Source of the DNA: Gammaproteobacteria bacterium | GTDB taxonomy: Bacteria > Pseudomonadota > Gammaproteobacteria > CAJXQU01 | Direction of reading: 5' to 3' | Length of the DNA: 64,000 bases | Assembly (NCBI GenBank): GCA_965238175.1 | Contig: CBDEGZ010000003.1 | Coordinates: 480,001-544,000 of the forward strand | Shown here: one piece after another, positions 29,447 to 38,744 of the stretch | How the letters are laid out: each line of letters starts with the position of its first letter | Position numbering within the stretch: the first letter of the stretch is position 1 | Made by a program: the position numbers and the translations under genes | The notes under the pieces: generated by a model | Told to the model about the DNA's origin: nothing | The model's database searches: none | The model's input: the letters and a program-made list of their open reading frames with translations, nothing else

Positions 29447-30756
29447 AAAAACTGAATGCGCTGATGAATGGTATTCAGATAGGGATACTTGAAAAAACAC
29501 GTGGTGGCGGAATGACTTTCAGTTACAACAAGGAGTGGTTAGAGAGCCCTGAAAGACGATCAATTTCATTATCAATGCCATTATCTTCTTCTGCATATAG
29601 TGGCAACGAAGTATATAATTACTTTGATAACCTATTACCAGATAATCCTGCGGTACGTGATCGGGTCATGACCAAGTTTTCAGTACCTGCTGATCACCCA
29701 TTCGATATTTTGGCGGCTATTGGCCATGACTGCGTTGGAGCTTTGCAATTAGTTTCAGATGAAGTTCAATATAGATCTAAAATAGAGGCAAAGACCCTAA
29801 CAGAAGCAGATGTCGCCAACCAATTGCGGCGTTATAGAGAAAACCCGATGGGTATGGATGAAGAGTATGATTTCCGAATCTCTCTCGCAGGTGTCCAAGA
29901 AAAAACAGCATTACTTTTACAAGATGGTGTCTGGAAAAAGCCCCTCGGTGCTACGCCAACGACGCACATACTTAAGCTTCCCGTCGGCGTAATACAAAAT
30001 GCAGCAGGCAATATTGATCTGAGTTCAAGTTGTGATAACGAGTGGACATGTCTGGAGCTTATTAGAAATATTGGTATACCTACTGCGTCGGCATGGGTAG
30101 AAAACTTTGAAGATCAACGAGTATTAGTCGTTAAGCGTTTTGACAGACGATGGACTCAAAAAAGAGACTGGTTGTTACGCTTACCTCAAGAAGATATTTG
30201 CCAAGCGATGAATTTGCCATCAAGTAAAAAGTATCAAACTAATAGTGGCCCAGGGATCAGAGAATGTCTGGATCTACTTCAAAATAGTAGTAATAGTTAC
30301 GAGGATAAAGTTAACTTTATCAAGCTGCAGATACTTTTTTTACTTTTATCAGCACCAGATGGACATGCAAAGAATTTCAGCCTTTCTTTACATAGAGGGG
30401 ATAACTTTTCCATGACACCTGTCTATGATGTGCTATCAATATATCCAATTGATAATAAACAGTTAGAGCACAGAGCTAAATTAGCAATGGGATGGATGGG
30501 AACGACAAAAGGTTATCGGTATAAAATTCAAGAAATTCAATTGCGACATATTTTATTTACAGCAAAAAAGTTAGGCTTACTTGATGAGGTAGAAGCGTTC
30601 ATTTCCAATATAGATTCATCAATGGAAACTGTATTGAAACAAACTCAGGATCAAGCTAAAAAGAAAAATATTGATCATAGTGTATCAAACCCAATTCTTG
30701 AGAAGACACATGAGAAAGTATCCTGGTTGCAGCGATCATATGATTCTTTACAGTGA
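29440..30756 (+). CDS. hipA: HipA serine/threonine kinase toxin
   Basis: FDNLLPD, GHDCVGA, ISLAGVQEK P-loop, HILK, RFDR, QED, DGHAKNFS, YD. Confidence 0.93.
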   Translation: MVKKLNALMNGIQIGILEKTRGGGMTFSYNKEWLESPERRSISLSMPLSSSAYSGNEVYNYFDNLLPDNPAVRDRVMTKFSVPADHPFDILAAIGHDCVGALQLVSDEVQYRSKIEAKTLTEADVANQLRRYRENPMGMDEEYDFRISLAGVQEKTALLLQDGVWKKPLGATPTTHILKLPVGVIQNAAGNIDLSSSCDNEWTCLELIRNIGIPTASAWVENFEDQRVLVVKRFDRRWTQKRDWLLRLPQEDICQAMNLPSSKKYQTNSGPGIRECLDLLQNSSNSYEDKVNFIKLQILFLLLSAPDGHAKNFSLSLHRGDNFSMTPVYDVLSIYPIDNKQLEHRAKLAMGWMGTTKGYRYKIQEIQLRHILFTAKKLGLLDEVEAFISNIDSSMETVLKQTQDQAKKKNIDHSVSNPILEKTHEKVSWLQRSYDSLQ

Positions 30757-31124
30757 TTTATGTAGAAATAAATAGGTTAACCGTTGTTGAATTTGAGCTG
30801 GTGCTCGAGCATCTTCATACTTGCATATGAACTTTTACAGGAATGGTTTTATGTTGCTGAACAACACGTTTTAGAAGTGACTTTTTAGAGAGTGATCTTA
30901 TATTAGTCCTAAAGTGTCACAAGTGGACTCAATTGTGAGGGTGGTATTGGATCCGCGATGATAGTGACTGCGACTTTCGGTTTGATTGCAGTTTGTATGT
31001 ATTGAAACGATTGTCGAGCTAAACGCCGTGTTAGTTGTTGATCGATCATTAGGCTGAAACTAAGATTGTTGTGATCTGTCGTATTTACGTGGCTACAAAA
31101 TTCAAACAAGGCTAAAATCAATTC

Positions 31125-31760
31125 ATGTCGATCCGTAGAGAAAGAGAAACTGAACAGGCTTTTACAAACTGGCAAAGGGAGTTGCTCTTAGCCTGTCAAA
31201 GTTGGCAGCAATCTGGAATTGATCGCCGTGAATTTCTAAAACGAGCATCAGCGGCATTCACATTGGTGGCGTTTATTCCCACCCGGCTTAAAGCAAATCA
31301 AACAAAATCAGAAACAATAACCACTGAGTGGCGAGAAGATCCATGGTGGACATTGTTTGAACTACAAGAACATCTATTTCCACATACCGATGATGCGCCG
31401 GGCGCCAAAGATATTCATGCAACACTTTATTTAAAAAAAGAGTTGGTCAGTCCATTTACCCCGAAAAAAGAAGCGGATTTTATCATCAAGGGTGTCGAGT
31501 GGTTAAACGGTATGGCGGTGAGAACGCAAAAGGAACGATTTGTAAATCTAGATGATCAAAAACGTGAAGCTGTTTTACGCCAGATAGAAAAGAGTCAAGA
31601 AGGACAACGTTGGCTTTCGTTAGTGATTTATTATGTTCTCGAAGCATTGTTAACTGATCCGATCTACGGAGGTAACCCCGATGGTTCTGGTTGGAAATGG
31701 TTATCACATCATGTTGGTTACCCTCGGCCAACCAAAGATAAAACCTATTTGAAACTATGA
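31125..31760 (+). CDS. Gluconate 2-dehydrogenase subunit 3-like protein with Tat motif
   Basis: DRREFLK twin-arginine motif, APGA, DPIYGGN...GW motif; overlaps GMC start. Confidence 0.85.
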   Translation: MSIRRERETEQAFTNWQRELLLACQSWQQSGIDRREFLKRASAAFTLVAFIPTRLKANQTKSETITTEWREDPWWTLFELQEHLFPHTDDAPGAKDIHATLYLKKELVSPFTPKKEADFIIKGVEWLNGMAVRTQKERFVNLDDQKREAVLRQIEKSQEGQRWLSLVIYYVLEALLTDPIYGGNPDGSGWKWLSHHVGYPRPTKDKTYLKL

Positions 31761-33433
31761 AAGATTATGACGTTTGTATCATCGGATCAGGGGCCGGCGG
31801 CGGTCCAGTCGCGTTAACCCTGGCAGAGGCTGGCTATTCAGTTTTAGTTCTGGAAAAAGGGCCGTGGTTTACCGAGCAAGATTTCTTCAAAGATGAACTA
31901 GCTTGTTGTCTGCGACAATCATACACGCCTGATTTGAAAGACGAACAACACGTAATCGAAGAACGAAACGATGATGGCGTTTGGGAAGGCGAGCCGACAT
32001 CAGAATCAAACTGGACTTTCTGGAATGGCAATTGTGTTGGTGGTGCATCCAACTTTATGAGTGGTTTTTTTCATCGACTTAAGCCTGTTGATTTTCGTCT
32101 TGCCTCAGAGTTTGGTCCGATTAAAGGCGCTGCTACGGTAGATTGGCCAATTAGTTATGACGATTTAGAACCCTATTATGCAAAAGTAGAACAAACTGTC
32201 GGTGTTTCTGGTCTGGTAATTGATCATCCAAATCAGGAACCTCGATCAACAAAAGATTTTCCCTATCAACCAACCTTGGAACATCCTATTTCAAGTTGGA
32301 TAGACAAACATTGTACTGATCTAGGTTATCATCCAATGCCCGTTCCAAGAGCGGTTTTACCGAAACCCGTGGGTGAGCGAAACGGGTGTTCCTATTCAGA
32401 TTACTGTGGCAGTTATGGTTGTGCTACCGGGGCAAAAGGCAGCTCGCGCGCAGCGTTATTGAACAAAGCGATCGCCACTGGAAAATGTGAAGTTCGTCCC
32501 TATTCCAAAGTATATAAACTCGAAAGCGATAGCGGTGGCAAAGTCAGCACGGTTCATTACTATAATGCAGAAGACAAAACGAAAAAAGTCGATGCAAAGA
32601 TCTATGTTGTTGCCTGTCATGCCATCGAAACATCACGCTTGTTGTTATCATCACTAGGAAAAAAACATCCAGATGGACTTGGGAATTCCAGTGGTCAGCT
32701 CGGTAAAAATTTATTGTTTTCTTCCGGCGGTTCGGGTCAGTGTGATCTTGATTATGCTGATCTAAGCGAAGCAGATGCGGAGGCATTAAAAGTCCGCGGC
32801 CCTTTTATTAATCGTGCCCTACAAGATTGGTATACCTACAAAGATCAAAAATCTGATCAAATTGTTAAAGGTGGAACGATTGAATTCTTGTTCACTCATC
32901 CAAACCCTGTCTCGCAAGCTAATCAACAAAAATGGGGTGAAGATGGTTTGGTCTGGGGTGAGGAACTAAAGCATCGGATCAAATCGCAATTTACGGATTC
33001 ACGATATCTAAAATTCGAAACATTTTGTGACTGGTTACCGAACGATAATTGCTATGTGACGTTAGATCCAAAAATTAAAGATAAATGGGGATCGCCAGTA
33101 GCAAATGTACGTATTGGATATCATGGTGGCAACTTGCGACCCTCGCATCAACTTGATGATAAAGCAAAGGAAGTATTAAAAAGCTTGGGAGGGAAAAGTA
33201 TCCGATCAAATGTTAGCACCTACCCTCCACCAAACCTGGTTGCGGGTGGTTGCCGTTTTGGGAATGATCCAGAAACATCAGTTCTGAATGTTGATTGTCG
33301 AGCACATGATGTAGAAAACCTCTATGTGACTGATGGTAGTTTTATGCCGACAGGTGGCAGTGTTCCTTACACCTGGACGATATATGCCAACTCATTTCGG
33401 GTTGCGGATAAGATCAAAAAAGAACTTGGCTAG
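31757..33433 (+). CDS. GMC family FAD oxidoreductase
   Basis: IIGSGAGG, VGGAS, WPISY..LEPYY, C..SDYC...GC cluster, GGCRFG, NLYVTDGS. Confidence 0.93.
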   Translation: MKDYDVCIIGSGAGGGPVALTLAEAGYSVLVLEKGPWFTEQDFFKDELACCLRQSYTPDLKDEQHVIEERNDDGVWEGEPTSESNWTFWNGNCVGGASNFMSGFFHRLKPVDFRLASEFGPIKGAATVDWPISYDDLEPYYAKVEQTVGVSGLVIDHPNQEPRSTKDFPYQPTLEHPISSWIDKHCTDLGYHPMPVPRAVLPKPVGERNGCSYSDYCGSYGCATGAKGSSRAALLNKAIATGKCEVRPYSKVYKLESDSGGKVSTVHYYNAEDKTKKVDAKIYVVACHAIETSRLLLSSLGKKHPDGLGNSSGQLGKNLLFSSGGSGQCDLDYADLSEADAEALKVRGPFINRALQDWYTYKDQKSDQIVKGGTIEFLFTHPNPVSQANQQKWGEDGLVWGEELKHRIKSQFTDSRYLKFETFCDWLPNDNCYVTLDPKIKDKWGSPVANVRIGYHGGNLRPSHQLDDKAKEVLKSLGGKSIRSNVSTYPPPNLVAGGCRFGNDPETSVLNVDCRAHDVENLYVTDGSFMPTGGSVPYTWTIYANSFRVADKIKKELG

Positions 33434-33502
33434 CTTGTTGGTTAAACAAAATATTTTTGTTTGAAATAAAGCACTAATAAAGATTTAGGTTTTTTTACGA
33501 GA

Positions 33503-34515
33503 TCACTTTTTGATATTTTTGTCTTCGGATGTTTTATCCAAACTTACTGAATCGGTTTTTAAGTTGCCCAAACGTATCCAAAGAGGCCGATTGTTTTGCT
33601 TGGACATATCTAGACTAAAAAATGATAGAAGGAATTGTAATCCGGTTAACAGAGGCAAAGCAGCCAACATAATCGTACCAGCAGTGGCCGCTTCACCGGT
33701 TATTACACTGTGTCTCCATTCAGTTAGGCCAAAGATGCTCCCAAACAGGATTAGAGGAATTGATAGAATGAGAAAAACACTGGCAAGGCTAAAACCCCTC
33801 AAAAAGTATGTGTAAAAAATTCGTTTAAAAAACTTTATCAGGTTTTTAAAACCAAATTCGAATAGACTTTTTTTAGACTAAGGTTGCTATCTTCATCACC
33901 GTAAACCGCAGGGATTGGTATATCTAATACAACGGCATCAATCGATCCCAATCGATATAGCATATCTGTTTCAAAAAAATAGCGTTTCTCCATGCGTTCT
34001 AAATGTAGCCATGGGAGAATTTTTGTGTGTACTTCGATAAAACCTTTTGTAGGATCCATCACATGCCACAGCCCGGTTGAAGCTTTGCTAATAAAAGATA
34101 AACCAGCATTTCCGATCAGCCTGGTAATAGGCATCCCTGTTAAATAGTCAGAACTAAAAAAACGATTTCCTTTTGTATAATCAGCTTCTCTTCCGATAAT
34201 AGGAGAGATCAGATTGGGAATGTGTTTTGAGTCCATTTGGCCATCACCATCTACTTTAATAGCGATGTCAAAGCCATTAAGTATTGCTGCATTCAAACCG
34301 GTAATAACAGCAGCACCAACACCTGCATTTTGTTGCAGTTTAATGACACTTATAGCGTTATTCTCGCCCAGGTATTTTTCCACTTCACTTCCAGAGTTCT
34401 CCGGACAGCCATCGTCAATTACAAAAGTATGATCAACATACTCCTGTAAATTATTGACCACAGATACAATCTGCTTAGTGGCTTTATAGGCAGGAACAAT
34501 TGCGCAAACTTTCAT
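33503..34515 (-). pseudogene. Glycosyltransferase family 2 with C-terminal TM helices, frameshifted
   Basis: VPAY, DDGCP, KVDGDGQM, KGNRF, YFFETD; one A missing in the A7 run at 33868-33874 separates the 33503-33802 part. Confidence 0.82.
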
Positions 34516-34754
34516 GAGAGATTCATCATTTAGATATGAGTTCTTCAAAAAAAAATAATCGCGAAATAATAAAACTGTTAAGCACAACAAAAACTATGGT
34601 AACCAATTTTACTGAATATGGTTTGGACATTAATGAATACAATAATTTATTAAGAAATAAGCAAAACACAGATTAAAAATAAAATTGATCAAGTATTTAA
34701 ATAAACAAATCGCTTGAAAAATTAGACTTTAATTTGAAGGTATACACTTTTTTT

Positions 34755-35570
34755 TAAACCCCTAAAGAATCTTTCCATCACACTATTGTGCCTCAAGCAC
34801 TTCGGGGGTAGGCTCTCCCAGCAGATCCCCTTCGACTCATGCTTTGAGTGATATTTAATTGGTTGAGGTGATCAACAAACAAGTTCGCTGAATACTGTAC
34901 ACCCTGATCTGAATAAAAAAGTAATTGGCTCGTGTCAGACTGTTGTCTTCGAATAGCATGGTTTGTTTAATGTATCCTTTCTAAGGTCGCATGGATGTCT
35001 TGACATCGCCCAACCAACAATTTCTTTTGACCCTAAATCAAGCACACAGGCCAAATAACCCCAACCTTGATGAGTGCTAATGGTTTTCGGCTGAAACTGA
35101 CGTCCAAGAATATTTTCTGTTTTGATATGAGGTTTGTCTGTGTTTGGATAGTCATGTTTTTTTCGAGGCGCGGTGGCAAACACATTTGCTTTTCTCATCA
35201 ATGTGGCAGTTCGAAAGATCCCAAGCTTAAATCCTTGATTAATTAAAGATGCATGTATGCGTCGTTTACCATAGGTATAGCATGTTTTAACCACAATGGT
35301 TTTGATTGATTCCAGGATGATATGTTCTTGATGACCAACCGGTTTCTGTTGGCATTGATAGTAATAAGTGTTGGGATCAGTTTCGAAAACCCTGCATAAT
35401 TGGTGAACCATATAATCAGGAGTGGCCTTTTTCATCTCAATGATCAACGTAGATTGCTGTTGTCTCGAATGAAAAAGACCGCTGCCTTTTTCAATAATTA
35501 ATTATCACTTTGCAGTTGTTTAATTTGTTTTTATAATACTTGAATACGTTATTTTACCGATTGCTATAGC
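34755..35570 (-). mobile_element. IS3-family remnant (orfA end and broken orfB)
   Basis: LLKKAAVF (orfA end), YGKRRI, GWGYLACVLDL..KEIVGW, SDQGVQY, QSMSRRG...NSVMERFF; many stops and deletions. Confidence 0.85.
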
Positions 35571-35773
35571 CCTCGTTAACTATCAATTTGGCATAATCCT
35601 ACTGAAAGATTGGCACGTTGTTTTCGGTTCATTTATAGCTATTAATATTTGTATGTTAGGCTATAAATCCATTTAATTTTATTAGATCATTACAAAATTG
35701 TGTGATGTCCCCTATTACATGTGTTTTATAGGTTCAACTCATATGTTTGTTTTTTTAAAGTTAATTATAAATA

Positions 35774-36373
35774 TTACCTATAATGAGATCCTCCAACCCA
35801 CAATACAAAAGAACGACGAACACCTTTAGTTACTTTTGTTACTCTATGCAGCATATATGAAGGGAAAATAAAGACTGCGCCTTTTGCTTTATTCGCTGTT
35901 ATGAAACTATTATCTTCATAATTTCCTCCTGTGAATAATTGTAAATCTCCCCCTTCATATTCACTGGGGTCAGATAATTGAACCGTGATAGAGATTTTTC
36001 GTTTTGATAAAAGGTTTGGGCCTATATCTTGATGCCAGTCGTAATGACCTTTGTCTGTAGCATAATACTCTGTATATTGTATTTGCTCTGGGAGGTGAGA
36101 TAGGTTGAATTTCCAAAGTTCATCATTGGCAGCAACCACCATATTGGATAACTTTTCATATAACCAATACCAGCTATCCTCTTGAGGGATCCATCTAACT
36201 TTTGAAGAACGAACACTATCTTCTATTCCACCAGCCGTTGTAGCTTTTTGAGCTTCTAAAGATTGAACTCCGGTATAAATTTCATTTAATTCTTCTTTAT
36301 CAAAACCTTCTTCATACAAGTAATGATTTTGAGGGTCATTTTCTTTTTGGTTAAAGTTTAAACTATTAAACAT
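35774..36373 (-). CDS. 2OG-Fe(II) oxygenase (PKHD/prolyl-hydroxylase-like)
   Basis: GHYDWHQD (HxD), RKISITVQL, YEGGDL, FPSYMLHRV, RRSFV. Confidence 0.9.
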   Translation of the reverse strand: MFNSLNFNQKENDPQNHYLYEEGFDKEELNEIYTGVQSLEAQKATTAGGIEDSVRSSKVRWIPQEDSWYWLYEKLSNMVVAANDELWKFNLSHLPEQIQYTEYYATDKGHYDWHQDIGPNLLSKRKISITVQLSDPSEYEGGDLQLFTGGNYEDNSFITANKAKGAVFIFPSYMLHRVTKVTKGVRRSFVLWVGGSHYR

Positions 36374-36832
36374 AATGCCTATTTTCTAGGTCCAACATTT
36401 ACTAAACTTATACCCGCTCTTTGGTAAAGAAAATTAAAGTACCGTTTTCGTTATATTTTCTACACCTCCTAAATCAAACTAAATCGCCAAGAACTGGTAA
36501 TATTACAGTATCTATTGTTCCTATTATCCTCCATGGAAGTGTTAAAAAATATGTCCTTATAACTTACCCCCTTTACACATTTGCTCTCTAACCTTAGCAG
36601 TTGATATTTCATGTGCCTCAGATGGGTATGCGTTTTATTATAACTCCCCTTTCTATAATTAATAGATTCAATATCCGAAGTTTTAATAATGTTAACAATT
36701 TAGTTTTTAGGAGTTATTCCAGATAATATCATGTGAAGTATTATCTAAAGATGAGAAGAAGTTGTTTAAGTTAAGTATAAACAGAATCGATTAAGAGCAG
36801 GAACACAATGTCAGGTATCGTCTTACATAAGA

Positions 36833-37250
36833 TCAAGCAAAATTCTCATCAAATGGTACTCTATTTTTCAACATGTCATAAATAATGTGAACCAATTTTA
36901 GTATAGCTGCACCAACAATGGCCATTTTTTACTTACCTGCTTTGGTTAAGCGCAGCTTTAATTTCACTATTAGTGGATTGTACCGTAGTGCTACTAACGC
37001 CGGCATAAAAAACGCTTTGCGTAAATTTTAGAACGCCCCATCTTTGACATGCTTGCTCGTGAACGTAATGACGCGCCAGGCTCTCTGTTTCTCGGAGCAA
37101 CATCCATAAAAGTCGCTAATGCTTTTGCATTTTTAAAGTGAGTGATCTGACTAAACTCAGAAAGAATAACGTTGATGGTTGCCTCACCGATACCAGGAAT
37201 GGTTTCTAGTAATACCTTTTGTTGCTTCATGCCAGGATGATTATCAATAT
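36833..37250 (-). mobile_element. IS110-family transposase remnant (C-terminal domain)
   Basis: TIPGIG, APRNREPG (normally ..SG), SKMG, then after a frameshift LRKAFFMPALVALRYNP...AIVGAA. Confidence 0.82.
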
Positions 37251-37848
37251 TTAACTTGGCATAGAGTACCTAATACTTAAGCACTACCTCTTTACATAAA
37301 TATTTATACCAAGGGATTATTTTGGTGAACACGTATATCCGATAGACTGATTCACAGTTAAGTGCAGTGCCCATTTGTCCATAACTGAAGTTATCTGGGT
37401 ATTTATAATTAACAATAATAAGAGATTAACATGACGCCTACAAAGGATGCGGGAAAGATCTTGGATGGGCACGGCGAAGCATGTGAAAAGATAGTTGATG
37501 ATGATTCTAACAGCAATAGTCATGCTGGTGGAACGCCAAAGTAAAGTACTAACCAAGATGCGGGTAACGTTAGTGATCTAGCTAATACATTTGTAACGAA
37601 GCTCGGTAGCGGATGTAGATAGTATCAATTTCTTTGGTTATGAGATGTATGGTTTTCCATTATAAAGATAAACCAGGGTGGCACGGCAGGGCATGATCAC
37701 TTTCAAAGTTTCATTTTATAAAGTGGTATAAAACAAAAATCCCAGAACAATTGTTTTGGGATTTTTGATTAACTTTAGTTTTGATTTGGCCATAATATTA
37801 CAGACAAATTTAAGTCCATGTAGGGATGATTTTTCTCATATTTCACAT

Positions 37849-38661
37849 TTATTTTTCGGCAACGATATAACACAACCAGCCTGCCTCGGGTTCACCAGTT
37901 TCGGTGGCGATAAATTCACCACTACCTTCACCAGTTTCTTCATCATAACCTTGCATGTGGATCGTTGTTTTAGAGAAACCAGCTTCTTTAAGAAGTTCAC
38001 GAATTTCTGGTATAGACCATAGTCGCCAGGTATATATGAATGCTTTGTTGAGCCTTGATCCGTCGGGAAATTTAAAATGTAAATAGCACGTCATTTTATG
38101 ATTGATAGGATTAAATTCAGCTTGATGCCAGATATAGGTAAAGTTCTCATGCTCTGTCCGTTCACGTAATACTTTTGGTGCTTCATAACCACCAAAGGCA
38201 TCAAGGAAAAAGATACCATCTTCTACCAGTGAGTTGCGAACACTTCTGAAATATTGCTTCATGGTTTTTCGATCCATGAACAGCCAATAACTGAAGTTCA
38301 TCGCGAGAATAATATCGACAGGATCGGTTTTAACTTTCAATACATCTTCTTTAATCAACTCAATACGATTTTTTGTTTTGCCACGTAATTTGCCAATATT
38401 ATTTTTTTGCCCCCAATCAAGTACTTCACTATCAAGATCAATACCGTAGGCACAGTTGTCTTTTCGACGTTGCACCCACTCACAAGCGGTGTTTCCTGTG
38501 CCGCAAAAATCTTCGCGTAGTAACATTGCGGATTTTCCGCGTAACTCGGCGTACATTTCATCGACAAAATCGATTTCGGCTTCGACGCATTGAACTGATT
38601 GTTGGTATAAAACATGTCTGTCTGCTAAGTCGGCCATTTTTGCTTTTTTTATTCGTGCCAT
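37849..38661 (-). CDS. Class I SAM-dependent methyltransferase
   Basis: LREDFCGTG motif I, GIDLD, AMNFS, GIFFLD. Confidence 0.85.
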   Translation of the reverse strand: MARIKKAKMADLADRHVLYQQSVQCVEAEIDFVDEMYAELRGKSAMLLREDFCGTGNTACEWVQRRKDNCAYGIDLDSEVLDWGQKNNIGKLRGKTKNRIELIKEDVLKVKTDPVDIILAMNFSYWLFMDRKTMKQYFRSVRNSLVEDGIFFLDAFGGYEAPKVLRERTEHENFTYIWHQAEFNPINHKMTCYLHFKFPDGSRLNKAFIYTWRLWSIPEIRELLKEAGFSKTTIHMQGYDEETGEGSGEFIATETGEPEAGWLCYIVAEK

Positions 38662-38744
38662 GAAATCTTCGTTTAGTTCCTTTTTTGATTAACTTTATAG
38701 AGGTTGATCATAACATCGTAATAAATATGCAATATACTTAGATT

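Noticed and set aside
30780-31175. 88-aa minus ORF and right attachment site of the tRNA islet
   Set aside because: No motif or SD; no repeat of the tRNA 3' end found by eye.
36780-37320. IS110 bridge RNA or active recombinase
   Set aside because: N-terminal domain and non-coding end are missing, the catalytic Ser position reads Pro, and there are frameshifts.
37317-37720. 79-aa ORF and a GGTGGCACGG match to the MITE end
   Set aside because: No recognisable protein; a 10-nt match without the GTATA terminus can arise by chance.
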